From: an uncultured Bacillota bacterium | GTDB taxonomy: Bacteria > Sysuimicrobiota > Sysuimicrobiia > Sysuimicrobiales > Segetimicrobiaceae | Assembly: GCA_963804645.1 (NCBI GenBank) | Contig: CAWDRG010000019.1 | Location: 1-64,000, forward strand | Direction of reading: 5' to 3' | DNA: 64,000 nt | In this document: positions 11,492 through 22,149 of the stretch, piece by piece | Layout of the letters: every line of letters begins with the position of its first letter | Position numbering within the stretch: position 1 is the stretch's first letter | Made by a program: the position numbers and the translations under genes | The notes under the pieces: generated by a model | The model's input: only the letters and a program-made list of their open reading frames with translations | Database searches by the model: none | What the model was told of the DNA's origin: nothing

Positions 11492-11824
11492 CTACTCGAA
11501 AATCGTGACGAGCTTGGCCAGTACGTCGTCCATGATCGTGTCGGGGACGCGTTCCAACTTTCTCCCATTGCGTGCAGCGAGATCCAGGGCACGGGGCTGG
11601 TCACACCGTACAACACCTACGGTCTTCGTACCGGCGTCCGTCAGCGGTACGGCAAATCCAGCGGTCCGCGCGAACCTGCCCCCGCTGGTAATGGGAAGAA
11701 CCACAGGGACCCGCGTCACCCGATTGAAGGCGTCTGGCGACACGATCAGGACTGGGCGGCGTCCCTTCTGTTCGTGTCCTTCCGCGGGGTCAAGCCCCAC
11801 TAGCCAGATGTCGCCTCGCTGCAT
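11492..11824 (-). CDS. PemK/MazF family toxin
   Basis: MQRGDIWLVGLDP.EGHEQKG.RPVLIVS...FN. Confidence 0.92.
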   Translation of the reverse strand: MQRGDIWLVGLDPAEGHEQKGRRPVLIVSPDAFNRVTRVPVVLPITSGGRFARTAGFAVPLTDAGTKTVGVVRCDQPRALDLAARNGRKLERVPDTIMDDVLAKLVTIFE

Positions 11825-12081
11825 CAGATCAACTCATTGCCCGCAGGCGTGCTCTCGAGCCATTGACGCTCTTCCTTGGTGCGCGCGGCCTTGGGGTGAC
11901 ACTGGGCGAGGAGTTCCTCCAACGTATAGCGTGGCTGTTTCCGGACCTCCACGATCAGTCGCCCACGTTCGATCCCCATGCCGACCTTGGCTCCCGGCCG
12001 CAGGCCGAGGATGTCGAGCAGCGCGGGCGGAACAGCCATCATGACGGAGCCGCCGACTTTGCGCAGGTTGGTGGTGTGCAC
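11824..12081 (-). CDS. PemI/MazE (AbrB-fold) antitoxin
   Basis: MHTTNLRKVGGSVM...RYTLEELLAQC; stop overlaps toxin start. Confidence 0.9.
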   Translation of the reverse strand: MHTTNLRKVGGSVMMAVPPALLDILGLRPGAKVGMGIERGRLIVEVRKQPRYTLEELLAQCHPKAARTKEERQWLESTPAGNELI

Positions 12082-12612
12082 GGCCGAACCTCCGACGGGT
12101 GCGTGACGTCAAATGAATTATATCAAAATATAACATAAGTTGCCGCGCATCGCAAGCCATGTCATCGCGAGCGAACGTCCTCGATACGCATGTGACACGA
12201 CAGCCTCGTCAGCCCACAACGCTCGAACATTCGGCGCTTCTTGACTACGGGCCCGCTTCATTCCGTGCTGTGGGCCGCAGAACGTGGGACTTAACTCACA
12301 AGGCAAGCATCTTCTTACACCCCCGACGCACCAATTGCCTGCACATACGCGGAGATCGTATTGCGACTGCATGATTCGATGTTGGGTAGATGGCGTAAGG
12401 CCGGAACGCGACGGGTGTGCGCGTGTTGAGTTTCGCGCACCCAACAACGCTTCCGGTGCCCCCGGGGGGCCGGGTCAACCAGTCAATTACGGCCGTCTTG
12501 CGTGATCCGCTAGGGATGTCCTACCAGTGTGTCGGCCGGAGAAGGGGCCGAAAAATCAGGTGTTCTCCGCTAAACAATATGCACCAAGGCTGAGCGAAGA
12601 CCGGTGATTGGC

Positions 12613-12657
12613 TTTGGGAGCAGAAGGTCGTCGGTTCAAGTCCGACCGCCCCGACCA
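12613..12657 (+). repeat. 3' half of tRNA-Pro(TGG), att-site relic, copy 2
   Basis: Direct repeat of 582-626; no tRNA 5' half upstream. Confidence 0.85.
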
Positions 12658-12700
12658 TATCGATCAGGTCCAACCCGGAGACATAGGTGACAGTTCGTAC

Positions 12701-13867
12701 CTAAGACATGGGTAACACTTTCGGGCCGAACGGATTTTCGAGCGGTTCGAGCACGCGTGTCTCCAGATCAAAGTACCCCAAGTCATAATCCATAAAGCTG
12801 ACCAGCCAGATGTCATCATACACTTCTTTGATGCCGACGGCTTGTCCCGCGAAGACTTGGCTGAAGTTGATCTTATGGTTGCCCAGACAGATGCGACCGC
12901 ACTGCGTGACCACGACGGTCTTGTCGTGCAGCGGATAATCGATCTCCGGCAAGCCCGTGTAGGGACGTGGGGAAGGGCGGTAGACTTGCGCCGGACACTG
13001 CATGTCCAGGGCTTCGTGCGGGCGTTCGTTGTTGAAGATGTCGATAAATTTGTCAAACCGGGCCTGCTGCTGCAGGAAATTGGCCGCGGCGGGCTTGGTG
13101 GCTTCTTTCTTCAACGTGAGGTGCATCCGTTCATGACGGCCGTTCTGCTGGGGATGGCCGGGCTGGATGCGTTCGATGCCAATGCCGAGGCGTACCCACC
13201 AGACCGCCAGTCGGCTCAAGTTGAAGAGGGCGTGCGCGGACGCGAACGGGACGCCGTTGTCGCTGCGGATGTTGGCCGGGAGGCCGCGCTCCTTAGACAA
13301 CCGCTCAAACCCTGTAAAGGCATAGGTTTCTTTGGTGGAGGAGAGCGCGTCACAGGCCAGCAGAAACCGGCTGGCGTGGTCGGTGACCGTGAGCGGATAG
13401 CAGTAGCGGTGATTGCCCAGCAGGAACTCGCCTTTGTAATCGGTGCACCATACTTCGTTCGGACGGTGCCCAAGCGACAAGGGGGTGCCCTGCGCCCGAC
13501 GCCGCAGGCGCCCACGACGCTCCACCAGGCCGTGGCGATCCAGCACCGCATGGATCGTGCTCTTCGCGGGGATGGGAATCCCTGCGAACCGGCGCGTCAA
13601 GCGCTCGCGGATCTTCCGCGCCCCCCAGCTGGCGTGTTCGCGCTTCACAGTGAGGATGTAGTTCTCGACTTGAACGGGCAGTTGGTTGGCGTAGCGATAC
13701 GGACGCCGGCTGCGGTCCGTGAGCCCGTGGATGCCGCATTCCTGATACCGATCGAAGAGCTTGTAACCGGTCTTGCGGGAAATCCCAAACTCTCGGCACA
13801 GTTCCGCCATCGACTCACCGGCGAGTCGCCGCGCGACAAACTGCATGCGTTCGTCCATCACCGAACA
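12701..13867 (-). pseudogene. IS481-family DDE transposase, first codons (15244-15266) separated by IS256
   Basis: HTH, WCTDYKG, IRSDNG, PQQNGRHER.H; intact version at 54714-55895. Confidence 0.9.
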
Positions 13868-15243
13868 GAGGTACCCTCAAAGGGTGTGTAAATGCTGAAG
13901 GCGGTGTATCCTCCTGAGAGAGAGACCAACAACCAGGCCTTGTCAGAGGCCCAGGGAGGAAACACACCGCCATGGACAAGCAGAACACGGATCACGACAC
14001 GTCGTCAAGTCCCAGCTGGGACAAGTTGGAGGCCTGGGCTCGGATGCAGATCCAGACGTGGTTCCAGGATCTCCTCGAGGCGGAAGTCACGGAGCTGCTC
14101 GGGCGCCGCAAGGCGCAACGCCGACCGGCCGTGGACGCGCCGGCGGGCTATCGCAACGGCTATGGCAAGCCGCGGCGGCTGACGCTGAGCGCCGGGACGA
14201 TTACGGTGCGACGTCCGCGCACCCGCGGGCTGGAGGACCGGTTCGAGAGTCGGCTCTTGCCGTTGTTCGTCCGCCGGACGCGCGAAGTGAACGCCCTGCT
14301 GCCGGAGTTGTATCTGCATGGCCTGGCCCAGGGGGATTTGGCGCTGGCGCTGCGCGGGCTCCTGGGCGAGGCCGCGCCGCTGTCCGCGAGCACGGTGGCC
14401 CGGCTCACAGAGAAGTGGCAGGGGGAGTACGAGGCGTGGAACCAGCGCCGGGTGGACGAGCTGGAAGTGGTCTACCTCTGGGTCGATGGGGTCTATGTCA
14501 AGGCCGGTCTGGAGAAGGACAAGGCCGCGCTCCTGGTCGCGCTGGCGGGCTTGAGTGATGGCCGCAAGGTGCTCCTCGCCGTCGCGAGCGGGCCCCGGGA
14601 ATCCACGGAGGCCTGGGGCACGTTCCTGCGGGCGCTGCGCGCGCGGGGGCTCTGCGCGCCGAAGCTGGTGATCGGGGATGGCCATCTGGGGATCTGGGGC
14701 GCGCTGCGCGACGTGTATCCGGAGGCGGCGGAGCAGCGGTGTTGGAATCACCGCATCGTCAACGTGCTGGACACGCTCCCCAAGCGCGCGCAACCGCAGG
14801 CCAAGCCCCTCCTGACCGCGATCGCGTACGCGGAGACGCGGGAGGAGGCCGAGCGGCGGAAGGCCGCCTTCCAGCGCTGGGCCACCGGCCGGGGGCACGA
14901 GGACGCCGTGCGCGTACTGGATCGCGACTGGGACCGGTTCGTCACCTTCTACCAGTTCCCCCGGGAGCACTGGTCACATCTGCGGACGTCGAACCCGGTG
15001 GAGTCACCCTTTGCGGCCTTGCGGTTGCGCACGGATGCCGCGAAACGCTTCAAGAAGGTTGCCAACGCGCGCGCGATCATCTGGAAGCTGTTGCTGGTCG
15101 CGGAGCGCCGCTCCGACGGCTCACCGCCCCGGAGCGTGCCACTGAGGTCTACCTAGGCGTGAAGTTCGTGAATGGCGTGAAAGTCACGACCAACGGTCAG
15201 GAGGTCGCCGCCTGAAGATTTACACACCTATTGACGGAACCTC
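13868..15243 (+). mobile_element. IS256-family element
   Basis: 26-bp imperfect IRs gaggtaccctcaaagggtgtgtaaat; 8-bp TSD accgaaca at 13860-13867 and 15244-15251. Confidence 0.92.
13972..15215 (+). CDS. IS256 (Mutator) transposase, apparent frameshift near C-terminus
   Basis: YRNGY, YLWVDGVY, IGDG..G.W.A, QRCWNH, LRTSNPVES; ORF stops at 15156 while the natural tail continues in another frame to 15215. Confidence 0.88.
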
Positions 15244-15330
15244 ACCGAACACTCCCTCCAGGGCATCCGCGTCCCCCCCTTTAGGGGAGGAAGTGTTACC
15301 CATGTGTCCGGTACAACCTGTTACCTATGT

Positions 15331-16141
15331 GTGCAGCCCGTAAAGCCATACACTCAGTCGGTGAGAGTCCGACCCGCGGAGTCGCCCAACTTGCCGCGGT
15401 AGTGTTGTCCGGCGTCTCGAAGGAGGTGACTCGCGAGACGGAAGCCCGGACGTACAAGTCTCGGCGGCCCGGCAGAGATATAAAGGCCGCGGTCGGTGGC
15501 CCAGGAGACGAGCGATGGATGGGGCCGCAACATGAAGTGAACACTGCAGCGTCGTTATTCAGGCCCACTCAGAGCTCCGGTAACGGAGTGCTCAGCGCCA
15601 CAGTGGGAATGAGGGTGCCAAGTTTCTACATAGGGGACGAAGGCCAGTGTGGTTGCGGAAGAAGCTGGGCGTGTGCACGCAACCAGCCCTCCGGCGTAGG
15701 GGTGGCGGCAACATCCAAAGGGTGGATGGTCAAAGCGGGGAAGGGCTCTCACCCGTGAGGCCAGTGATATAACCGACTTCACTCGGGAAGTTCACTGGTG
15801 GGGGAGAGTCTGGCGCATGAGGCCGTAGGAGCGATGATCGCTCCGATAACAAGGAGCGGGAGCAAAGGGCCTCTGGGAGCAGGCCAGCGTTGGAGAAGGA
15901 GAGGGTGCGGGTGCTGATAACGCGCTCGGGCTACCGCCAAGATCCGGACCGACGCTGTAGGCTGCAGCAAACCAATCGCTCCCCAGGTACAGGCTGGGAA
16001 GGATCGGGAACGCTGCAACTGAGCGCGTGCTCTTCCAGCCGGATTGGGGAAAACCCGCTATCCGGTTGATAGGGGGCGGGGTGGAACCGTGGTCAGGCTC
16101 CTTAACGGTAACCTGACCGGCGCGCCACCCTGCTACCCGAC
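15331..16141 (+). ncRNA. ORF-less group II intron, copy 1
   Basis: Domain V cagccggat...gaaa...atccggttg (16036-16068) with AGC triad; domain VI with bulged A16135 seven nt from the 3' AC; EBS1 acatag (15628-15633) complementary to the 5' exon end ctatgt; excision restores the IS IR. Confidence 0.88.
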
Positions 16142-16216
16142 CTCAGGCTGGAGGTCAAGGGGTTACGATGATCGCCGATTCTGCGAGCCGCATTTTCGTG
16201 AACACGCCTAGACCTG

Positions 16217-17086
16217 CTAGAGGTTCCGAACCTCGGGGATCACGTCCCTGGCGAGCCGCTCAACCGGCGCGATCGTCTCGACCTCGGCGACATTGAAAAT
16301 CATGTGCTGAATCCCGAGCGCGGCGCCGCGCCGGCAGCGAGCGACGATCTCCGCACTGGTTGTGGTGGGCAGGATCGAGCCCAGTGTCGTTTTCTCGATC
16401 GCCTCGTACGGACGCCCGATGCGTTCGCAGTGGCGCTTGAGCACGTCCAATTTGTCACCGAGCGCGTCCCAGCCGATCCGATCGAACAGGTTACACGCGT
16501 CGCCGTACTGCGCAACAAGGCGAAGCGTCTTCCGTTCGCCGAGGCCGCCGATCAGAATCGGCGGGTGCGGGGTCGTCACCGGCTGGGGACGGCACAGCGT
16601 TTCGGCAAGCTGATAGTGTCTGCCGTGGTACGGACCGTTGTTCGCTGACCACATTTGCTCGACGATCTGGAGCGCTTCCTCCAGCCGCTCGAACCGCTCC
16701 CGCACGGGCGGGAACGGCACGCCGAGCCCCTTCGCCTCGCGTTCGAACCACGCCGCTCCGATGCCCAGGTACGCGCGCCCCCCGGATACCACGTCGAGGG
16801 TCGTCACGGTCTTGGCCAGGATCCCGGGGGCGCGGTAAACGACCCCAGTCACGAGCGCCCCCAGTTTCACCCTGCGGGTGAGCCCCGCGAAGTAGCCGAG
16901 GGTCGCATACGCTTCCAGCATCTCGTGGTCCGGCGGGCCGACATATTGGATCTGGAAGAAGTGGTCCATGACCCATAGGCTGTCGAACCCGCCGGCGTCC
17001 GCGGCTTGCACGATCTCCCGGAGCGCATCGCGCAGAGGGGGGGAGCCGGGAAACGTAAAGTTCGGGATCTGCAGCCCGATGCGCAC
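16217..17086 (-). CDS. LLM-class F420-dependent oxidoreductase
   Basis: GFDSLWVMDHFFQI, TTLDVVSGGRAYLGIGAAW, PPILIGG.GE.KTL. Confidence 0.9.
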   Translation of the reverse strand: MRIGLQIPNFTFPGSPPLRDALREIVQAADAGGFDSLWVMDHFFQIQYVGPPDHEMLEAYATLGYFAGLTRRVKLGALVTGVVYRAPGILAKTVTTLDVVSGGRAYLGIGAAWFEREAKGLGVPFPPVRERFERLEEALQIVEQMWSANNGPYHGRHYQLAETLCRPQPVTTPHPPILIGGLGERKTLRLVAQYGDACNLFDRIGWDALGDKLDVLKRHCERIGRPYEAIEKTTLGSILPTTTSAEIVARCRRGAALGIQHMIFNVAEVETIAPVERLARDVIPEVRNL

Positions 17087-17311
17087 GGGAGGCGCCTCCG
17101 CGAACGGTATGCATTCGAGGTTCCTATCCCTCCGCGCCTTCTCCTGCCGTGGCGTGTGCCGTGCTATCCGGTCATCTCGTTCAAGGGGCACGATGGAGGT
17201 AAGTGTGCAGATCGCCGGTCGCTGAATCCGGAGCGTGCTGCGGCGGGTCTATACATTCCCCGACGGATGGACGTCTCACCCTGAACGGCATCCAATAGAG
17301 GTAGAGGCATT

Positions 17312-17701
17312 GTGGTTACCAGCGGCGACACTCGCGGACGGGTTGGTGCGGACATGACGCACGTCCAGAAGACTGTGGGGAGTCTCAGTCCGGAAGAGCG
17401 ACTCGCGTTGGAGCGAGTCGTGACGGGTGCGGAGGGAGCGCACGGTGGGGCAGAGCCGGGGGCAGGTGACCAGACCATACGTACGTCCGGGGGCCTCGTG
17501 TTCCGCGCCGCAACGCTGCGGCCGATGGAAATCGCGTGCGAGGTGTGCGGCGTCGGCAGCACCGGCGCGGACCCGGATGCGGCCTGGCGAGCACACGCGC
17601 TCCACATGTACACGGCACACGGGCGCACGGTGTCGCGCGCGGAGGCGCGTGCGCTGGCACGGCCGGTCGGCCGCCGCACGTGTGCCGGTCGGGGATCGTG
17701 A
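17312..17701 (+). CDS. Hypothetical protein (CxxC...H motif)
   Basis: RBS-preceded ORF containing CEVCG...HALH; no family recognised. Confidence 0.4.
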   Translation: MVTSGDTRGRVGADMTHVQKTVGSLSPEERLALERVVTGAEGAHGGAEPGAGDQTIRTSGGLVFRAATLRPMEIACEVCGVGSTGADPDAAWRAHALHMYTAHGRTVSRAEARALARPVGRRTCAGRGS

Positions 17702-17719
17702 ATGGGCATCTCATGGAGG

Positions 17720-18161
17720 CGTGAGCCCGCGAGACCGTGCTCGTCCCGCCGATGCCTCGAGCATCTCGGTGCCAGCGATTCGGACGCAGGGTCTCGTGCG
17801 GCGCTTTGGCATGCTGACGGCCGTGGATGGCGTCTCGATCGAGGTCCGGCCGGGCGAGATTTTTGGACTGATCGGCGCGAACGGCGCTGGCAAGAGCACG
17901 GTCATCAAGATCCTCACGACGCTGCTCCCGCCGACCTCCGGCCAGGCATGGGTCGCCGGCTTCGACGTCGTGACGCAGGCGCCCCTGGTGCGGCGCCGCA
18001 TCGGGTACGTGCCGCAACTGTTGTCCGCCGACGGGACGCTAACCGCGTATGAGAACCTTTTGCTGGCGGCACCCGCGCATGGCCGCGTACGGCGATCCGA
18101 CCGCGCCGCCCCACGGGTGCGGTGCGCCGCGTGGGGCGGGGGACGGCGGCGTGGCAGGTAG
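17720..18161 (+). pseudogene. Truncated ABC-2/multidrug ATPase (N-terminal part)
   Basis: GEIFGLIGANGAGKST...IGYVPQ...LTAYENL, then similarity is lost; no signature or Walker B. Confidence 0.7.
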
Positions 18162-18212
18162 GCGAAGAGACGGGTGACGGGCCCCTTGGTCCGTCGGCGG
18201 AGGTGCGAACCT

Positions 18213-19313
18213 ATGTCCAGGCTGCGGTTGGACAACGAACTCGTGGACGCTGCGGTGACCGGCGGCGGCGTCCTGGGCGGCGGCGGCGGGGGCTCTGAGA
18301 TCGAGGGGCGCCGGAACGGGCTGTTGGCGGTCGAGTTGGGTGCGGTGGAGCTGGTCGATCTCGCGGACATACCCGCCGATGCGATGGTGGCCACGGCGGC
18401 GATCGTCGGAGCCTCCGCCGCCAGGGACATCCACGTGCCCCCGGTTCATCACATTCGTGCCGCGGAGCTGCTGATGAAGAACGGCGGCGTCCAGCTCCAG
18501 GGGATGATCGGGAACGAGATGGGCGGAATCGGCGTGACCAATGGGTGGATCCAGGCGGCCGCCCTCGGAATCCCCATGGTGGACGCTCCGTGCAACGGGC
18601 GGGCGCATCCCCTCAGCATCCACGGCGCCATGGGGCTGCACCGGGTGGAGGGCTACGTGTCGCTGCAGGCCGCGGTCGGAGGCGATCCCGCCCAGCACCG
18701 CGATTTGGAGATCGTCCTCCGAGGCAAGCTCTCGGCCCTCTCCCCGCTGATGCCGCACATTGCGACGCAGGCCGGAGGCATGGTGGCGGTGGTGCGGAAC
18801 CCGGTGCCAATCTCCTACCTCGGCGAGCACGCCGCGGTCGGGGCCGTCAAGGAGAGCATCCGCGTCGGCCGGGCGATGCTGCGGAAGCGGGGCACCAGCC
18901 CCATCGAGGTCGTGGAGGCTGCCAGCGGCGCGCTGGGTGGGGAGATCGCGGGCCGCGGGCGGGTGACCCACGTCCAACTCGAGACGAGGGCCGGGCTGAA
19001 CGTCGGGACGCTCCGGGTCCAGGCGGCCGAGAGCGCGGTGTTGGAGCTCACCTTCTGGAACGAGTACATGACGCTGGATGCGCTGCACGCCGGTCACTCC
19101 CGCCGGCTGGCCACGTTCCCGGACCTGATCGTCACCTTCGACCTTGCTACCGGCGTGCCGCTGTCGTCGGCGGTCATGACGGTCGGACAGGACGTTGCCG
19201 TCGTGAGGGTGCCGCAGCGCAAACTGAACCTCGGGGCGGGTGTCAAGGATCCCGACCTTCTGCTGCCCATCGAGGCGGCCGTCGATCGGAAGGTCCTCGA
19301 GTATTTCATCTGA
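18213..19313 (+). CDS. DUF917 family protein
   Basis: GGGVLGGGGGG, NEMGG...NGW, VDAPCNGRAHP, FWNEY, ATFPDLI. Confidence 0.8.
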   Translation: MSRLRLDNELVDAAVTGGGVLGGGGGGSEIEGRRNGLLAVELGAVELVDLADIPADAMVATAAIVGASAARDIHVPPVHHIRAAELLMKNGGVQLQGMIGNEMGGIGVTNGWIQAAALGIPMVDAPCNGRAHPLSIHGAMGLHRVEGYVSLQAAVGGDPAQHRDLEIVLRGKLSALSPLMPHIATQAGGMVAVVRNPVPISYLGEHAAVGAVKESIRVGRAMLRKRGTSPIEVVEAASGALGGEIAGRGRVTHVQLETRAGLNVGTLRVQAAESAVLELTFWNEYMTLDALHAGHSRRLATFPDLIVTFDLATGVPLSSAVMTVGQDVAVVRVPQRKLNLGAGVKDPDLLLPIEAAVDRKVLEYFI

Positions 19314-19359
19314 CGTTGGTGGTCGACCGTGGTTCGGCACGCCGCGGTCGGAATGCAGG

Positions 19360-19794
19360 CTACACGCGCATTCCCGTGTAGAGGAGGTATCCTGCCAGCA
19401 GCAGCCCGAACAGCGCCCTCAACATGGCCACGATGTCGACGGCGTACCCCGCCCGTTGGAACGTGCCCGACTCCAGCTGGGCGCGGGTTCCTCGGTAGTG
19501 AAGGAGGCCGGCGAGCACCAGCGCCACTCCCGCGACGACAGCGACGATGCCGAACCAGACGGAAAACGCCGAGGCCGGGAACGCGCCCGCTCGGCTCCCG
19601 GCGAGCTGTCGGATGGCGATGGCGAATCTGGCGATCGCAAAGCCGAATTCGACGATCGCAATTCCGGTGCGCAGCCACGCGAGCACGGTGCATTCGTTCG
19701 CGAGATGCTCGCGCGCGCGGTTGGCGTCTGGGCTGGCGGCCGCGGTGCGATCATCGCCCGCGGGGGTTGACGGCGCATGGTCTCTGGACGGCAA
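19360..19794 (-). CDS. YidH/DUF202 membrane protein
   Basis: REHLANE.T.LAWLRT.IA...FGF. Confidence 0.8.
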   Translation of the reverse strand: MPSRDHAPSTPAGDDRTAAASPDANRAREHLANECTVLAWLRTGIAIVEFGFAIARFAIAIRQLAGSRAGAFPASAFSVWFGIVAVVAGVALVLAGLLHYRGTRAQLESGTFQRAGYAVDIVAMLRALFGLLLAGYLLYTGMRV

Positions 19795-19926
19795 CGGCGA
19801 TTCCGCCGACCGTCTATTCCGTGCCCCGGCGGAGTTACACGTAAATGATCCGAGTCCCTGCGCGGACCTCGCGCGCCGTGAGCGCGCGCGGCGCAGGGAC
19901 TCGTCGAGCCTATGCGATGCGAACCG

Positions 19927-21312
19927 TTAGAACTGCTTGCCGACGGTCAGATAGGGACCCTGCCACGTCACCGAGCACGGGCACACGCCGACGCCGTTCA
20001 CCGACGCAGGGCCGAGGTTGTCCTGGCTCCACCAGTACCCCAGCGTGAAGACCCACTGGCTCGGGGTGGTGTACGAGACGCTCGCCAGGTAATCCCAGCC
20101 CTGCCCCGTGGCGGAGACCGACCCGTTGGCGCCGGCCCCGAACGCGTTGAACAGGCTGCCCACCAGGGTGTCGGACGGCTCGTACGCTACGCTGGCGTTG
20201 ATCGCCCAGCCGTCTGTGATCTGGAACGCGCCTTCCAGCCCGAACCGGATGCCGTTGCTGCTGCCGCTGACGGAACCGAGCCCCAGCGCGTTCGTATTGA
20301 GGTTGATGCTGCGGCCCCCGTAGCCCGTAAACAGCCCGAACATGTAGGTTTTGTCGACGGTCGGGTCGACGAAGTACCAGCGGTAGAACAGATCCGCGCT
20401 CCACAGCGCATCGTTGCCGCTCAGCGGCAGCGACGCCAGGCTCGTGCCGTTGAGGGTGTAGCCGTTCTCGTTGCCGGTGACCCCGACGAGGTGAATGCCC
20501 CAATGGCTCTGAGCTTCCAGGCGGTAATCGAGGCCGAACAGATTGTCGCTCCAGCCCGAGCTGCCCTGCACGACCGACGCGGTCACGCTGGGCATCCAGT
20601 AAATGGCCTGGACCGTGTTGGTGAAGGTCATCGCCGGCGTCGCTGTGGCGGTTCCCGAGGACTGAGCCTGCTGCGGCGTCGTGGGCGTTTGGGCCTGCAT
20701 TGGCGTCCCAACGGGCAGCGACTGTGCCTCGAGCGGGCTCGCGGTCGGGGACCACTCGGCTTCGAGCGACGCGCTGTCGGGGGAACCGACCGTGCCGAGC
20801 GGTCCGATCGTCGACTCGTCCGCGCCGACGCCGGCCAATGGGGCGGTCGCGTCGACGGCCCCGGGCTCGATCGGGCGGAGCGCCGGATTGACCGCGTACG
20901 CCCGATCGGCGGCCGCGCCCATCCCGTTCGTGCCGGCGCTGAGCCCGGATAGACTCGATCCCGTCGTCTGGGTTTGACGATTATCCGTCCAGACCGTGCC
21001 CGCGAATCCCCACCCGGACACGGAATCGTACCCGAACTCCAAGCCGGGTACGGGGACGGCTGCCGCGGTCGACCCCGACGACGCGCTCACCGTCACGGTG
21101 CCGGCGGTTGTTCCGCGCGCTTCCCGAACGACGACCGGCGATGGCGTGGGGGAGGATGGCGTCTGCGCGGGCGTCGGGACGACCTCGAACCCACCCAGCA
21201 CCGCCGAGGCGACCGCCGATGATCCCGGAGATGATTGAGCGTGCGCCGGAGTCTGAATGATACCGGACGCGCCAAGCGCCACCGCAGTGACCGCGAGAGC
21301 CCACCGTTTCAC
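19927..21312 (-). CDS. Secreted protein with C-terminal outer-membrane beta-barrel-like domain
   Basis: Signal peptide (AHA), S/T/P-rich linker, alternating aromatic strands, ends YLTVGKQF. Confidence 0.6.
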   Translation of the reverse strand: MKRWALAVTAVALGASGIIQTPAHAQSSPGSSAVASAVLGGFEVVPTPAQTPSSPTPSPVVVREARGTTAGTVTVSASSGSTAAAVPVPGLEFGYDSVSGWGFAGTVWTDNRQTQTTGSSLSGLSAGTNGMGAAADRAYAVNPALRPIEPGAVDATAPLAGVGADESTIGPLGTVGSPDSASLEAEWSPTASPLEAQSLPVGTPMQAQTPTTPQQAQSSGTATATPAMTFTNTVQAIYWMPSVTASVVQGSSGWSDNLFGLDYRLEAQSHWGIHLVGVTGNENGYTLNGTSLASLPLSGNDALWSADLFYRWYFVDPTVDKTYMFGLFTGYGGRSINLNTNALGLGSVSGSSNGIRFGLEGAFQITDGWAINASVAYEPSDTLVGSLFNAFGAGANGSVSATGQGWDYLASVSYTTPSQWVFTLGYWWSQDNLGPASVNGVGVCPCSVTWQGPYLTVGKQF

Positions 21313-21416
21313 GTGACGTCCCCCCCCGTGTGCGTCAGTTACTGCATGCGCAAGCGCGTGCGCGCTGCTGAAGGTTCCTGGCCACGGGCCTGACACACCC
21401 CTGGCCCCATCCCCGC

Positions 21417-21863
21417 CTACAACTCGGGTGTGGCCACGTGCCAAATACCCGTTTGGGGTCCTTTGAGCCCTTCGCCGGTCGCGTCACCCATCCTCTGGTC
21501 ACCGGTGAACCGGTAGAGAAAGTGGCCGTCGTACGTGACCTGCGACCCGTTGGCGTTCTGCGCGACCCCGAGGAATCCCACCTGCGGGGCGGACGACGGC
21601 GTCGGTGGGACCGTGTCGCTCAGCACCGGCGGCCGGTCGGTCAGGCACGACCCCGTGCAGGCGCTTGCCGACGCCGTGTCGGAGGTCAAATAGTACAGGG
21701 CAAGGCCGTTGACATCCACGAGAATCGCCTGGGATCGACCGCTGACGTTTGCCGCGCCCACATTGACCGGCAAATTCATGCTCTGGGCCGGACGGTTCAG
21801 GGGCCCGGTAACCCCGCTGCACAGCAACACCACGACCAACGCCGTTATCCAACGCGGTGTCAT
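21417..21863 (-). CDS. Secreted repeat protein with Yx4D motifs (COG4315-like)
   Basis: GLALYYLTSD...CTGSC...PP and QVTYDGH.LYRFTGD...G.ATGEG...WH. Confidence 0.85.
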   Translation of the reverse strand: MTPRWITALVVVLLCSGVTGPLNRPAQSMNLPVNVGAANVSGRSQAILVDVNGLALYYLTSDTASASACTGSCLTDRPPVLSDTVPPTPSSAPQVGFLGVAQNANGSQVTYDGHFLYRFTGDQRMGDATGEGLKGPQTGIWHVATPEL

Positions 21864-22149
21864 CTACTGCTCCCTCCAGTGCGCAACATTCACGAGCGGC
21901 ACCACTCTGAGACTATACCCAGGCAGGCGTTCGCCAAGACACCGATAGCACCCTGCCGAGCGGCCCGCACAGCAGCGCGGTCCGTGCCGCTGGGAGTTTC
22001 CCCCGACAGGGGATATACGGGAGGTCCGCCAACCATTGAAGGGGTGACCGGAAGAAGTCCGATGAGGGAGGCCGCGCACGTCCGCACAATCTGAGCCGGC
22101 GCGCGACGTCGCATCGGGCTGGGACCGCTGGGGACTCGCGGGGGCGCTC

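Larger units (their letters stand above)
12667..16154 (-). mobile_element. IS481-like element copy 1 (contains an IS256 and a group II intron)
   Basis: Colinear and nearly identical with 54680-56783; long IRs with internal repeats (tgttacccatgt...tgtYacctatgt). Confidence 0.9.

Noticed and set aside
12590..12657. Intact tRNA-Pro
   Set aside because: The 5' acceptor strand and D-arm are absent; only the 3' half is present.
15100..15215. Programmed frameshift in the IS256 C-terminus
   Set aside because: No slippery motif; a single-base loss by mutation or sequencing error is more likely.
15296..16018. Short ORFs duplicated at 55925-56647
   Set aside because: They lie within the intron RNA and have no RT or maturase motifs; spurious.
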